Assembly: GCF_964213995.1 (NCBI RefSeq)
Contig: NW_027591018.1
Span: 1 to 64,000 of the forward strand
Length of the DNA stretch: 64,000 nt
Origin: Mustelus asterias
Lineage: Eukaryota
Direction: 5' to 3'
The notes under the pieces were generated by a model that saw nothing but the letters and a program-made list of their open reading frames with translations, did not search any database and was not told the DNA's origin. Below are positions 24,960 to 37,958 of this stretch, one piece after another; within the stretch, counting starts at the first letter, position 1, and each line of letters opens with the position of its first letter. A program made the position numbers and the translations under genes.

Positions 24960-25245
24960 AACGTCAGCTGAGGATGGACTCAGAAGTGGAGTTAGTTTGG
25001 CAGAAAATTACAGGCTGTTCTTTCAGCATCGTTAACTCTAATGAGCCCACGGACACCGACTCCTCGGCACTCGCCCCTGTAACGAAATGCAAAGCGGATC
25101 AAAATCTGTCGTCGTATTTAACAAATGAGATGTAGAATAACTGCCACAGAGACTTACCCAGCAACAGGACTGTTATTGTAAATCCGGGACACAGAGACTT
25201 ACCCAGCAACAGGACTGTTATTGTAAATCCGGGACACAGGCTCAT
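24960..25245 (-). pseudogene. Degenerate V segment: leader exon (partly duplicated) plus truncated V exon
   Basis: Leader 25245-25203 MSLCPGFTITVLLL with phase-1 gtaagt; ~46-bp tandem duplication 25144-25238; acceptor ttacag, exon from 25076 GASAEESVSVGSLELTMLKEQPVIFC..stop; no RSS. Confidence 0.6.
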
Positions 25246-25329
25246 CCAGCAACACGAAGATATCGAAACTCACAGCTGACACTGGTGTATTGTGTGGCAG
25301 TGAGCTGCCTTCTTGAAGCGTTGCGGTCC

Positions 25330-26070
25330 CGAGATGCAGGTACACCGATCGTGCTGTTAGTGTGGGAGTCTGGGGTGTTGACCCATTGACCGTGAAGGAA
25401 CAGCGGTATATTGCAAAGTAAGGATATGGAATAAATTGGAAGGGAACCTCTAGGTTGTGGTGTTCCCATGTGAATGCTGCCCTTGTCCTCCTACATGGCA
25501 GTGGCCGTGTGTTCGGATTGTGCTGCCTAAAAATCCTTGTTGAGTTGCTGCTGTATATCCGGAGGTGTTGCACTCAGCTGCCACTGTTCGTCGGTGGTGA
25601 CAGGAATGGGGGTTTATTGAATGGGTCGCAATCACGCGGACTGCCCTGTCCTGTATCTTGTCGAGCTTAATGAGTGTTGTTGGAGCGACACTGATCCAGC
25701 AAGTAGGGAGCATTCCATTTACACCCCTGACTTGTACCTTGTAGATGGTGGACAGGCTTTGGGGAGTCACGAGGCGAGTTACTCGCCACAGGATTCCTAA
25801 CCTTTGATCTGCTCCGGTAGCCACGGTATTCATATTCCTCGGTCCAGTTCAGCTTTCGGTCAACTCCCAGGATGTTGTTGGGGGTGGGGGAGAGGAAGGG
25901 GGGGAGCAGGGGGGAGGATTCAGCGATGGTAATGCCTTTGAATATCAAGGAAAGTTCGACAGATCCTCTTCTTTTGGAGACGGTCATTGCCTGGAACCTG
26001 TGTGACCTGAACGTTGCTTCCACTTATCAGTCCAAACCTGAATATTGTCCAGGTCTTTCTGTATTTGTGC
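25330..26070 (-). mobile_element. Old non-LTR retrotransposon 3' fragment; 25432-26028 is duplicated at 40910-41505
   Basis: QRLGILWRV..LSTIYKVQVR..KLDKIQDRAVRVI RT C-terminal motif. Confidence 0.75.
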
Positions 26071-26353
26071 AGAAACCAAATGTCTGATTCGAGACAGTGG
26101 ACTATCATGTTTAAATTAAAGAATGCGGATGATTTCCTCACCATAAAGCCCACACTCACTGAGCGACTGTTTCTTCAATCGGATTAGTTACATCATGACT
26201 CTCAATATGTCTGAGAAAAGCGAAGTCGCTGTCAGGAATTGCAAAGCCCCGGGCAACCCCGCTCACCTGCTCCATTTCCTGCTCTAGTTCTGGCAGCTAT
26301 TGCCTGCAGTCTGCTATTTGTAGGATTGCTGCAGCAACTGAAAACAGGCGTGA

Positions 26354-26392
26354 GGTTTTTGTACAGTGACGAGCGTCTTTCCTCTCAGTGTG
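26354..26392 (-). other. 23-RSS
   Basis: cacactg + 23 nt + acaaaaacc on the - strand. Confidence 0.95.
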
Positions 26393-26802
26393 GGCTCTAT
26401 CGCACAGTAATACAGAGCGGCATCCGCGCTCTCCGTGTTTCCAATAACCAACTGGCCCCGTTTGCCCGCAGTGGAAAGTTCCAATTCGAACCGGTCTTTT
26501 CTCTCTTTGCCATTCGATGATCTGCTTATTATCCACTCCAGTCTCTGACCGGGTTTTTGTCTGTACCAATACATTCCATAAATGCTGGACATCTCATAAC
26601 TGCAGTTTATCAGCACCGAATCCCCGCTCTGGACTGTTCTCGCTGTGGGAGTTTGTGAAACTTGGTCCGAGCGACACCGATCTATAAAAAAACATTCATA
26701 CAGTGAGACACTGGAGCAAAATTGTTATAAACAAATAGCTCCACAAATAAATATCCTGCGCTTACAAGTTAGCACCACCAGAATGATAAGGAACAGTTTC
26801 AT
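26393..26802 (-). CDS. TRAV: TCR alpha/delta V segment, apparently functional
   Basis: Leader 26802-26766 (MKLFLIILVVLT), V exon 26681-26393 (DQVSQTP..NCSY..WYRQKPG..DAALYYCAIE). Confidence 0.93.
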
Positions 26803-27349
26803 TTGCACCGTGTGATATAATAACAATGTCAGTAAGAATACGGAGCACAGCTCACAGCAGAAGACCATGTATTGAATCAACGTCTTCAAGATATGCACCA
26901 GATAAAGTTTCAGACACTTGGGTTTTCTGCAATCTGATTGGCTGGAATCAGACTCCGTGCTTCCGGTATCAGGATGTGGGTTGTTGATCCGAAGCTGCTT
27001 CTCTTCCGGGTCACGTGTGAACAAATCAATTGTCCAAAAAACAGGACACTGCTTTACTGCAGTAACTGTCATTTATAAAAGTGGTTAAAGTTTAACTTCA
27101 CCAATAAAGGCATGATTTTAAAATGAGGTTTGCCCTCATTTTAAAGTTATGTATGATAAATGCGTGATCAATAATATGTTGCAAATATTGTTTCTCGATT
27201 TACTTTTGCAAATATAATTGATTCCCCTTGTGTTTCAAGGGGACTTAAAGACCAGCCAAGCTGGTCTTTATATGATTTGGGTTCAATTACAAATCCACAA
27301 TCCAGCTCACAGATCTGATTCAGTGAGAGGAGGTGAGAGTGCCTTTGCC

Positions 27350-27388
27350 GGTTTTTGTACGGGCTGACTGTGTCTCTGTAGCAGTGTG
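27350..27388 (-). other. 23-RSS
   Basis: cacactg + 23 nt + acaaaaacc. Confidence 0.95.
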
Positions 27389-27824
27389 GGGCTGAGCGCA
27401 CAGTGATACACGGCAGAGTCAGAGACATGGACCCCGGTGATTGTTAAAGGAACTGTTCTCTTGTCTTTGTCCAATTCAGCCGAAAACCGGTCAGGGAAAT
27501 CTGGAGACTTTTCCCCTTGTCCCTTGCCGTATTTCTTCAGTAAATATCTCGGAGCGTCCCCGGGATGTTGAATGTACCAGAAGAGAGTCTCGCCAGTGTA
27601 TTTTGTTGTGTAGTTGCAGTTCAATATTACCGTCTGCCCTTCCTGGACCGTGAATTCGGGCAGGTCCTGGGAAACTGAATCTTGGCCATTGGTTCCTGTA
27701 ACAACATATAGAATGTGTGAGAAATCTGAGTGAATATAACCCATGAAACACACACTGAGGATTTGAGCTCAGACTCACCGGGCAGCATGACCATTATTAT
27801 CAGTAAAGCACACAGGGAACACAT
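27389..27824 (-). CDS. TRAV: TCR alpha/delta V segment, apparently functional
   Basis: Leader 27824-27779 (MCSLCALLIIMVMLP), V exon 27695-27389 (DSVSQ..LNCNY..LFWYIQHPG..DSAVYHCALS). Confidence 0.94.
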
Positions 27825-30497
27825 GGTTCCTGATTGGATAGTAAGCAGCCACACTGTTTAAACGATGTTGCTGCTTCTAGTTTATATCACAGAGTCAACT
27901 CAGATCAGAGGCAACTGCAATTATTGGGAAACTGGGGGGCGTTTCTCAGTGCTGCGATTGGTTAGTCTGCCTGAGATGATGTTAGCTTTGGATCAATCAC
28001 TGTTAGTTGACGACGAAGTGCGGCTGGCTTTCTCCAATCAAATTGTAGCCCAGGCTGAGTGCGTCTTTCTCACCCTCTTGCTCTCTGTCACATTCTCAGT
28101 CATTCTGTCTCTTTCTCGGTTTAACTCTCTTTCCTTCCAACCGGAGATCAGCTCTTTGTATGACACCAGAGCCTGTCTTCATATTGCAATAGACCATGTT
28201 TCCCTTGCCATCAGGATAGTATTAATTACGATATCTATCGGTGCGTCTGTCAGAATTCAATCATTTTAGTCAGAGTAAATTAACGATAATAGTGAAAGAG
28301 TATATTTAATCTTATTAACGTTTCTAAGTACAAACCCAGAGGCCTCAGATGTCTGCGGTTTCATTTGATCGGATTAACTCGCTCATGTTAAATGTTATTT
28401 ATTTTTATACCAGTTTGTGACGACTTCTCAAGAACCTTAATCTTATTACCACGCGCTTGACCTGTTGACGCTGAACTTTTCGTTCTGACGGGTAGATTTC
28501 CTCGGGTTGCGATTGTAAATAGAACTGTACACGGATTGAACAACTGAGGATTTAGATGGAGATCCCGTGAGGGAAGCAAATGCTGCAACACAGGAATTTT
28601 CAGGCGAAGTAATAAAGATAAAGGGATGGAAAGACAATGGGAAACAATCTCATGTCTTTCGTCTGACTCCAGAGAATTATAACACAATTTACTCAGCATT
28701 TCATCAATTTCAACATGGGGAACACGACAAGCCCCCTTTGTTCTACAGAACTTCCAATTTCATGCCATTCGTTGAATACTTCGTTGTCAAATTATTCCTT
28801 CTAAATTTAATCACCACTCTTTTCAGGGTTAAATTCCATCTGCAACTTACCGGCCCATTTGAACATTCCATCCATATCTTCTTGTCGTCAAAGAGACTCA
28901 ACCTCAGTGTTAACCACTCGCCAAATGAAAGTGGTCATCTTTCAATCTGTATTCTCTGACAACGCTGGCAGTTTTAGACTTCGCAGTCAACTGATGGGAC
29001 GAGTGGAATGTGCAGGAAACGTTTTGATTGCAATTTATTGAAGGACTGAGTGTGGATTTTTCTCTCTCCCTTTGGCTCTCCACAATCTGGCCGATGAAAA
29101 ACAGAATGAGAGAGAGGCGGAAAAGATAGGAGTATGAGGACGATGTTGATGTGGGGCGGTTTATTAAGAGAGGCAAAGGTTCTGTAGTTCTCTACAGAGT
29201 TGGAGTGGGGAGAGGTGACTGATAGAAGTTGGAGCTCAATTGCTGATGCTGAATGTACATACAGCACTAGTCCAGGCGTGAGGAGGTTTAGTGGTTGTGC
29301 AGGGAGAACCTGGCCAACCATCTCCAAAAGGAAACCCACCGATTCCTGTTAATCATCTGGAAAATCTGAACTGGACCGCCTCGATTGCAATTATATTTCC
29401 CTTAAAATAACGAGACGCAGGAGTATACACATTATTTCTAATATGGGTTCTCCATCTACAGTGCTGCAACCGTCAAAGCCTCGGGTCACTTGTTAGAGTG
29501 TGGTATTAAAAGGAGCTACTAGCTCCATTTGTCGCTCTTGTGTCCGGCGCCACACGATCAGCTGAGGTTTGCAAACTGAAAGGGTACTTATACTTATACA
29601 TTATATCGGGTCTATTTCAGATTAAATAATATTTTATTGCCAGTTTTACAAAAACTCTGGACTGATACTTTTTTTTTCAATCTACCAATCAAAAGTAATC
29701 GAAGGCTTTGAATATTACCAGGATAAGTTAGTTGAAAGTCCAAGACATTTCGAGAATGCAACAGTTCAAGATCGAGGGAATAGCTTCCACACAGACTGCA
29801 AGGAACATGGCATAAGGAAGAAGATGAAAGTTTGAATGAATGATACAGGACACATCCTCACTCATCTCCAAAGATACCAGAAATTGTACATGTGTTTCCG
29901 AAAGTAGTTTGGACACGTGATTTACCCCTCTCTCGGAGTAATCTCCATAAAATATTATCTGTGAACAACTTGAGGGTAAATGTCTGTCTTATTGATTTTA
30001 AACTGTTTCTTGCTGAATAGCAGCAGTGCGATGTTTCCAATCATCCTGCTTCTGGCACCTCTCTTGCATGAACAGAAGAATCCCGAATCTGCACTAATTT
30101 CATGATTACAATTTCATTCAAATTCTGAAATTGTAGACTGACATTATGTGATAGAAATATTCGTAACTCCTTTAATTCACTTCAGTTCAGTACATAGTGT
30201 TAATCAATATTCATCTTTTTTCACCAAACTGCTGGACAAATCTGTTTGCCTTCAGTCAGTTCCTATACTATGAGTGCAAAAGACTTTCAATAAACATATA
30301 TTTTGCAATAAAAGCCGAAGTCATCATGTTTGTTCATTGATCGTGATTAATGTCATTCCGCACATCATTTAATTGTTTCACCAGGGGACTTTCCTCACTC
30401 GGTAAATATAGAATGTTTTCATTGTGCGCATCAGTGTTAAAAGTGAGAGTGGTCTCCAGTACAACCAGTGATCATTGAATCTCAGAGTCACTAAACC

Positions 30498-32167
30498 ATG
30501 TTCTGGATTATTCCACTTGAGCTTCGTGTTGCTTGGGTACTTCAGGATATCCAAAGGATTTACTACCCACTCCTCGCTGCAGTTGGTGTAGCTGGTGAGT
30601 TAAATTTCACTCTGTTGATTGCACTTGTCCATGAGACCCAATTAATAATTTTATAATGTGCAAACTTCATGCTGCATATGTGCTAATGCAATTGGAAAAT
30701 TTCTCTATCTTCCCAGCAGACATTTTCCCTACTCTTGCCAGGTGGTTGCTCTCTATTTCCCACTCTCCCCCCTCCCCACTACCAACCCCCCTCTCCTCAC
30801 TCCCACCACACCTTCACCGGCCACTTCCACTATTCCTGCCTTAATATCTACAGGGTCCTGCCTCAGTAAAATAAAATATATAATTTCCAGTTTTGTGATT
30901 TACAGCCAATTCCAAATCAACTTATGCAATATCTTCAGATGCACAGTCTGCAGCACAGCCACAGCAGAGTGACCCAGACCAGGGACTTTCCGTCCAAACC
31001 CATTGGTACCATTGTGTCTCCCAAATACAAATAAAGAGAAGGCAGGGAATTGGAGATCTGCTCTGTTGGTAAATTTAGTTTCTTGATAGCTCAGTGCGAT
31101 GCTTTCCTACTGTGAACCCAGTCTCAGCAGGACAGGTGAATCCATGTTTTTCTGAGGCTGGATTCTGTAAAACAAAATCCTGCAGCTGTTCCCCAGAAAC
31201 CTGCCAGATTACTGCTCCTGTTCTCAGTCTGAAATATGAGTTAATTGTCTCTCACTTCCCTGCAGTGAACTTATTGACGATTCTTATCCTGTCTCGAGGG
31301 AGGTGTGGACTTTCCAAATGTGTCTCACGTTACCTAATTTCCATGTCAGCGGCGGATCTACTCGTCGTCATCATCGACCTCGTATTGAGGCAAATTCCCA
31401 TCAGTTTCAGAGATCAATTTGTCTTCATGTATCATGTTAAAGTGTGCAATATCCATGCCGTCCTGCTTTACGCAGTCACTGACTGTTCTGTCTGGTTCAC
31501 TGTCACTTTTACCTTTGATCGATTCGTGGCCATTACTTGTCAGAAGCTGAAAATAAAATACTGCACTGAGGAAACGGCAACTGTGGTTCTAGGAACAGTG
31601 AGTGTGGTATTCACTGTAAAAAACACTTTCTGGTACTTTATGTGTGAGAATAGCTATTGGCTTTCCAATGCTCCCTATTTCTGTTCTGTAGATTTTGATG
31701 TCTCCTCCTCACCAGCATGGACAGCAGCTGAAAGTCTCCACTATATTTTAACCCCGACTATTCCTTTTGTGTTGGTTGTGCTGTTCAACGTTTTAACCGT
31801 TAAATACATTGTGGTGTTGAGTAAAGTCCGCAGGAGACTTCGGACCCACAAGAATGGGGAAAGTCCAAGTGACCCAGAGATAGAGAAAAGAAGAAAATCT
31901 ATCATCATACTGTTTGCAATATCGGGAAATTGTCTCCTGTTATGGTCAGTGTTCCTCTTCTATTGTTTTTATGACCGACTGTACATGTTTAAATTATTTC
32001 TGTCGCGTTTACCACATTTTCTTCAGGAATTAGGATTTATGCTCCAACTCCTGAGTTGCTGCACCAACACATGCATCTATGCAGTGACACAGACACAGTT
32101 CAGAGAGGATCTGAAAAATGTGGTGATGTTTCCAGTAACTGGAATTTTGAAATTCATTAAACAGTAA
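30498..32167 (+). CDS. Rhodopsin-family GPCR, GPR139/GPR142-like, two coding exons, 332 aa
   Basis: Exon 1 30498-30594 (MFWIIP..IYYPLLAAVGVA, in-frame stop just upstream, gtgagt donor) joins in frame to exon 2 31266-32167 (ccctgcag acceptor); MSAADLL, TFDRFVAI and CCTNTCIY motifs with 7 hydrophobic segments. The ORF-track start at 31094 is intronic. Confidence 0.9.
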
Positions 32168-33444
32168 TAAGCTATTCTATCACCACAACGTATTTATCTG
32201 ATGTTTTGCTACAGAAACTCATCGCAATCAGAAACACACTGATGTCGATTTTGCTTTATTCATCCCGATAAATCCATGAACAACAATTGTAGAAATTCAA
32301 AAGGAAACGACTTCAGATCCAAAGCTGTCTGGATTTGAATCAGTTAAAATCAGCGATTTAACATGTGCTGGACACATTGAGTTCCAGAATAAAATATTCG
32401 CCTGTCAAATTCGGGAGGAAGTTACTGACCTTAGCATTTTACATCAACACTCATCCCACAACGAAAATATCTGCCAGCACCACCCCTACCAGCCTCACGG
32501 TACCGGCCCCACCACCCGATCTCTCACATCACACGTCCCCCTGCGCCGCCCCCCCCCCCCCCCCACCACCACCCCCAACCCCGTTCGGGAAATCTTCACT
32601 ATTGTATCTAGTGATGGTGAATTGAAGAAGTGGATGTGAGATTAATGAAGGCTGGTATTGGGGAAGAGGAAGTGAAGGGAGGGGTGGTGGGCGGTTGCGA
32701 GTCATTTGTCGTGTGCTGAGACGACAATGTCCATAAAATATTAGCCCGAAACATCCATTCAGTTGCAATCAGAGTCATGTTGCAGCTGCGACGACATTGA
32801 ATAAAATCCAGTGCCAGCATTCGACAGCGCACTTGCTTCAATTCACTGAGAACTCAAATAACTGCACAGCAAATCAGTCCAATGCGCCCCTGAATTTTGC
32901 AGTGTGTTATAGGTCAGAGTGACTTAAGGCCTCAAATGTGCCGGAGTGTAATCTTCAAATAAGCAAACACATTTTAATATAGATGGAACAGAATACAGGC
33001 AGGGTTGTGAAGGCTCTCTGGAACACATGAGAACTCAATAATGGAAAATTCAGAGAAAATTAGATTTGTGTCCAATTATAATGAAATAATACTTAATAAA
33101 ATCTGGATTTAAAAAGTAGCCAGCTCTTCCAAAAAATTAAAGTGAATGTAAAGAAATAATTAGCAGTTAAGAGACACATTTATTCGCGAGTGGATGAATA
33201 TAAATCAAGTATTAAATTCCCTATCCTTGGGCCAGATTTCCTTGTGGATATTATTGAGAGGGATGCGGATGCTGTTGCTTTCTGGGGAAGCAAGGTATTA
33301 AATTTATATTGAAAATCACCTCAAAACTGTTTATTTATCTTGAGTCTACAAATGATACAATGCTACCATCTGCTGACAACCCACAACTGCTGCAGACGCT
33401 GGTCTTTGTGAGTCTCAGAAAAGTTCAGTAACTCGAGACTGCAT

Positions 33445-33765
33445 TTTTGATTTGATTTGATTTATCATTGTCACATGTATTAACATACAGTGAAAAGTGT
33501 TGTTTCTTGCACACTATCCGAATAAACATATTGTACTTAAAGAAGGAAAGGGGAAAGTACAGCATGTATGGCTACGGTCAGAGGTAGGATGGAGAGAAAG
33601 ATCAACTTTGGTCCATTCAACACTCTGATGGCAACATGGAAGAAGCTGTTCTTAAGTCTGTTAGTACGTGGCCTCAGGCTTTTGTATCTTTTTCCCAACA
33701 GAAGGTGGAAGAGAGAATGTCGGGATGCATGCGGCCCTTAATTATGCTAGCTGCTTTTCCGCGAC
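33445..33765 (-). mobile_element. Rex1/Babar-type 3' tail
   Basis: Similar to 22895-23230; (tttga)n tail. Confidence 0.7.
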
Positions 33766-33774
33766 TTGAGTCAG

Positions 33775-34347
33775 TGGGGTTATGCTGCAACTGTACAGGA
33801 CCTTGGTGAGACCACATTTGGAATATTGTGTGCAGTTCTGGTCACCTCACTATAAGAAGGATGTGGAAGCGCTGGAAAGAGTGCAGAGGAGATTTACCAG
33901 GATGCTGCCTGGTTTGGAGGGTAGGTCTTATGAGGAAAGGTTGAGGGAGTTAGGGCTGTTCTCTCTGGAGCGGAGGAGGCTGAGGGGAGACTTAATAAAG
34001 GTTTATAAAATGATGAAGGGGATAGATAGAGTGAACGTTCAAAGACTATTTCCTCGGGTGGATGGAGCTATTACAAGGGGGCATAACTATGGGGTTCATG
34101 GTGGGAGATACAGGAAGGATGTCAGAGGTAGGTTATTTGTGCAGAGAGTGGTTGGGGTGTGGAATGGACTGCCTGCAGTGATAGTGGAGTCAGACACTTT
34201 AGGAACATTTAAGCGGTTATTGGATAGGCACATGGAGCACACCAGGATGATAGGGAGTGGGATAGCTTGATCTTGGTTTCAGATAAAGCTCGGCACAACA
34301 CCGTGGGCCGAAGGGCCTGTTCTGTGCTGTACTGTTCTATGTTCTAT
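33775..34347 (+). mobile_element. CR1 3' fragment, same young family as 10460-13281
   Basis: Near-identical C-terminus ..RHMEHTRMIGSGIA* and tail. Confidence 0.93.
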
Positions 34348-34730
34348 AATGCATCTCAGGTCGATTGAACAATCTTAAATCAATTAGGTTGATTTGCCAT
34401 GCTAAATTAACCCTAGTGTAAGGGGGATTAGCAGGGTAAATATGTGGGGTTGCGGGAAGAGGGCCTGGGTTGGATTGTGGTCGGCGCAGACTCGATGGGC
34501 TGAATGGCCTCCGTCTGCACTGTCAGGATTCTACGATTCCATGATTCTGCAACTGTAAGTAACGGTCATCAATTAATATAACTGTGCAGCTGGACCACGC
34601 CAGTTGCTGTTTTTAAGTGCTGTTTTTGTGTTGCAATGCTCAGAATCTCCGTCACTCGCTCGGTGGAAACGGAATTCGCCGCGCGTGTGCGAGCGCACCC
34701 TGCTGGGCACGAACTGGAACTGCCAGTGTG

Positions 34731-34826
34731 GGGTTGTGTTCTGCATTCGATATGTCTCTGCAGCAGTGTGGGCTCCATGGCACAGACATACACGGCGCTG
34801 TCGGAAACCATTGCGTCCATGATGGT
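34731..34826 (-). pseudogene. TRAV: TCR V 3' stub with RSS, cut by a Penelope insertion
   Basis: TIMDAMVSDSAVYVCAMEP; cacactg 34770-34764, 24-nt spacer, acacaaccc; related to the V at 42470. Confidence 0.85.
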
Positions 34827-35310
34827 CTCTACAGCCAGCCAGGTCTTAAAGGTACAGATAATGTGGGTGGAGGGAACATTAAACACAGGTTCAAGAGATG
34901 TGTATTGTCTCCGGACAGAACAGCTAGTGAGATTCTGCAAGATCAGGAGGCAAGCTGTGGGGGTTACTGATAATGTGACATAAATCCAACATCCCGGTTT
35001 AGGCCGTCCTCGTGTGTGCGGAACGTGGCTATCAGTTTCTGCTCAGCGAATCTGCGCTGTCGTGTGTCGTGAAGGCCGCCTTGGAGAATGCTTACCTGAA
35101 GATCCAAGGCTGAATGCCCTAAGACCTGGCTGGCTGTAGAGATTTGCATTCTAATTAGTATTCTGTAACTTGATGTTGTGTCTCTGTGCACTGTTGGAGA
35201 ACAGATTTTCACTCCATCTGATGAAGGGGCAGCGCTCCGAAAGCTTATGGTATTTGCTACCAAATAAACCTGTTGGACTTTAACCTGGTGTTGTGAGACT
35301 TCTTATTGTG
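34827..35310. mobile_element. Penelope-like element fragment with internal inversion
   Basis: - strand endonuclease-type C-terminus QRRFAEQKLIATFRTHEDGLNRD; inverted repeat ctctacagccagccaggtctta / taagacctggctggctgtagag; + strand pLTR tail. Confidence 0.8.
35214..35250 (+). ncRNA. Minimal hammerhead ribozyme motif (Penelope type)
   Basis: ccat-CTGATGA-a-gggg cagcg ctcc-GAAA-gctt-atgg: conserved core, stems I and II, palindromic loopless stem III. Confidence 0.7.
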
Positions 35311-35633
35311 GTGAGGAATCCAGTTAACAGCCAAATTCCAGCGTGCAGAACCCGCCATCAGAGGGCGCCACATTCTCGCCTGGGCGCCAGAAACTCACGT
35401 GATATTATCACTGAACCCTGTATGGATGGTAGGTTTGTGAGGTCACAATAGACAACCCCCCCCCACCCCCCCACCCACCCACCCACAGACACAGAAGCTC
35501 ACACTGACCCACGCACACCGACACTCTCACAAACACACTCACTGCAATCAGTTGCACAGAGCCCGGGTTCCCTCTCTCCTTCTCAATCTCTGACTCACTC
35601 CGTTCCCATTCAGTGAGATAGATTCACTCAGAC

Positions 35634-36149
35634 ATGTTTCTGATCTTCCTGGCGGCGCTCTTGCACAGTAAGTACTGGGGTAACGTACATCAAGCCAGAT
35701 AAATGCATTAACACACATACATGGTAATATAATTAACCATCACAAATATCGATGTGAGGGGTGAATGGGGGGGGGGGGGGGGTGGGGGCGGGCGCTGCAG
35801 AAACGATCGCAGATACAAACATTAACTCTTGATATTTCATTCCTCTACCTTCACAGGCGGACTGTGCGCGGATCCAGTCGCACAGTCATCGCTGCCAATA
35901 ACCGCATCAGAAGGGGATTCAGTGCAGTTGGGTTGTGAATATACAGACAAGGATATGTACAGCATGCAATGGTATCAGCAGAAACCGACACAACCCGTGA
36001 CATGGATTATTACCAAAGCATTTACAGTGAAGGAAGATGAAGTTTCAGGACGATATCTGGCGGCTTCTGACGCGTCTAAACAGAACGGTTACCTCAATAT
36101 AAGCGCCCTCAGTGTGGAGGACGGGGCGGTCTATTACTGTGCAGTGAGG
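35634..36149 (+). CDS. TRAV: TCR alpha/delta V segment, apparently functional
   Basis: Leader 35634-35667 (MFLIFLAALLH), V exon 35857-36149 (DPVAQ..GCEY..WYQQKP..DGAVYYCAVR). Confidence 0.93.
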
Positions 36150-36188
36150 CACAGCGTTAGATTAAAGCTAAAACCCCGTACAAAAACC
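36150..36188 (+). other. 23-RSS
   Basis: cacagcg + 23 nt + acaaaaacc. Confidence 0.95.
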
Positions 36189-37475
36189 TCAGCGAGTATT
36201 TACAGCTCCATTAAGTTTCCTCCTGCGCGAATGGTTTGACCCGGGTTCACGAAGACAGTCATTTCTATTTAGGGTAGAGCCGAGGGGATGATTGGATATC
36301 ACCTGAAGACTCTGTCAGGAATAAGCCTATTTGCAGATGGTGTTGTCTAATATTCTCTTGATTCTCGACCCAGTGATCTCAGAGTGACCCCCCCCCCATC
36401 CTGGATCTACTGGTTACTGCTTTAACCAGGGTCTGGAGCAGGTCCAGGAGAACATCCTCCCACTCACCCACCCCCTCCACACTTTACAGCCTTCTGGATT
36501 CAACATTCAGTCCAACAGTTTCAGAGAGTGAACTCTCAGCCCGTTCTGCTTCTTTTTCTTTGCTTGTTTCGTTTTTCTTTCTTTCAGTCGGCAGCCCCCC
36601 TGCTCCAGACACAGCTTCTGTTTCTCTGTTCCTTCTCTCGCTCCATCTCCATTCCCTTTGGCTCTGGGGGGGGGGGCTCACTTTTCTCTCATTCAATCTC
36701 TCCTGTCTTCCACCCTCTCACAGACCTTCCTTTAGTCCCTGTCCCACCCGCCCCTTTCTCCAAACCTGTTACATTTCTAACTTTCAAAGACTATTTCCTC
36801 GGGTGGATGGAGCTATTACAAGGGGGCATAACTATGGGGTTCATGGTGGGAGATACAGGAAGGATATCAGAGGTAGGTTATTTGTGCAGAGAGTGGTTGG
36901 GGTGTGGAATGGACTGCCTGCAGTGATAGTGGAGTCAGACACTTTCGGAACATTTAAGCGGTTATTGGATAGGCACATGGAGCACACCAGGATGATAGGG
37001 AGTGGGATAGCTTGATCTTGGTTTCAGATAAAGCTCGGCACAACATCGTGGGCCGAAGGGCCTGTTCTGTGCTGTACTGTTCTATGTTCTATAATGCATC
37101 TCAGGTCGATTGAACAATCTTAAATCAATTAGGTTGATTTGCCATGCTAAATTAACCCTAGTGTAAGGGGGATTAGCAGGGTAAATATGTGGGGTTGCGG
37201 GAAGAGGGCCTGGGTTGGATTGTGGTCGGCGCAGACTCGATGGGCTGAATGGCCTCCGTTTGCACTGTCAGGATTCTACGATTCCATGATTCTGCAACTG
37301 TAAGTAACGGTCATCAATTAATATAACTGTGCAGCTGGACCACGCCAGTTGCTGTTTTTAAGTGCTGTTTTTGTGTTGCAATGCTCAGAATCTCCGTCAC
37401 TCGCTCGGTGGAAACGGAATTCGCCGCGCGTGTGCGAGCGCACCCTGCTGGGCACGAACTGGAACTGCCAGTGTG

Positions 37476-37571
37476 GGGTTGTGTTCTGCATTCGATATGT
37501 CTCTGCAGCAGTGTGGGCTCCATGGCACAGACATACACGGCGCTGTCGGAAACCATTGCGTCCATGATGGT
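37476..37571 (-). pseudogene. TRAV: TCR V 3' stub with RSS (duplicate of 34731-34826)
   Basis: Same sequence at offset 2745. Confidence 0.85.
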
Positions 37572-37958
37572 CTCTACAGCCAGCCAGGTCTTAAAGGTAC
37601 AGATAATGTGGGTGGAGGGAACATTAAACACAGGTTAAAGAGATGTGTATTGTCTCCGGACAGAACAGCTAGTGAGATTCTGCAAGATCAGGAGGCAAGC
37701 TGTGGGGGTTACTGATAATGTGACATAAATCCAACATCCCGGTTTAGGCCGTCCTCGTGTGTGCGGAACTTGGCTATCAGTTTCTGCTCAGCGAATCTGC
37801 GCTGTCCTGTGTCGTGAAGGCCGCCTTGGAGAATGCTTACCTGAAGATCCAAGGCTGAATGCCCTAAGACCTGGCTGGCTGTAGAGATTTGCATTCTAAT
37901 TAGTATTCTGTAACTTGATGTTGTGTCTCTGTGCACTGTTGGAGAACAGATTTTCACT

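Noticed and set aside
28440-29810. Additional very decayed V relics on the - strand (SSVVQS near 28540; ILNC..NLSW*YSKP near 29700-29780)
   Set aside because: Only scattered motif resemblance, with no RSS or YYC; not supportable without a profile search
31094-31265. N-terminal extension of the GPCR in the ORF track
   Set aside because: Intronic: acceptor at 31265 and a proper exon 1 at 30498-30594
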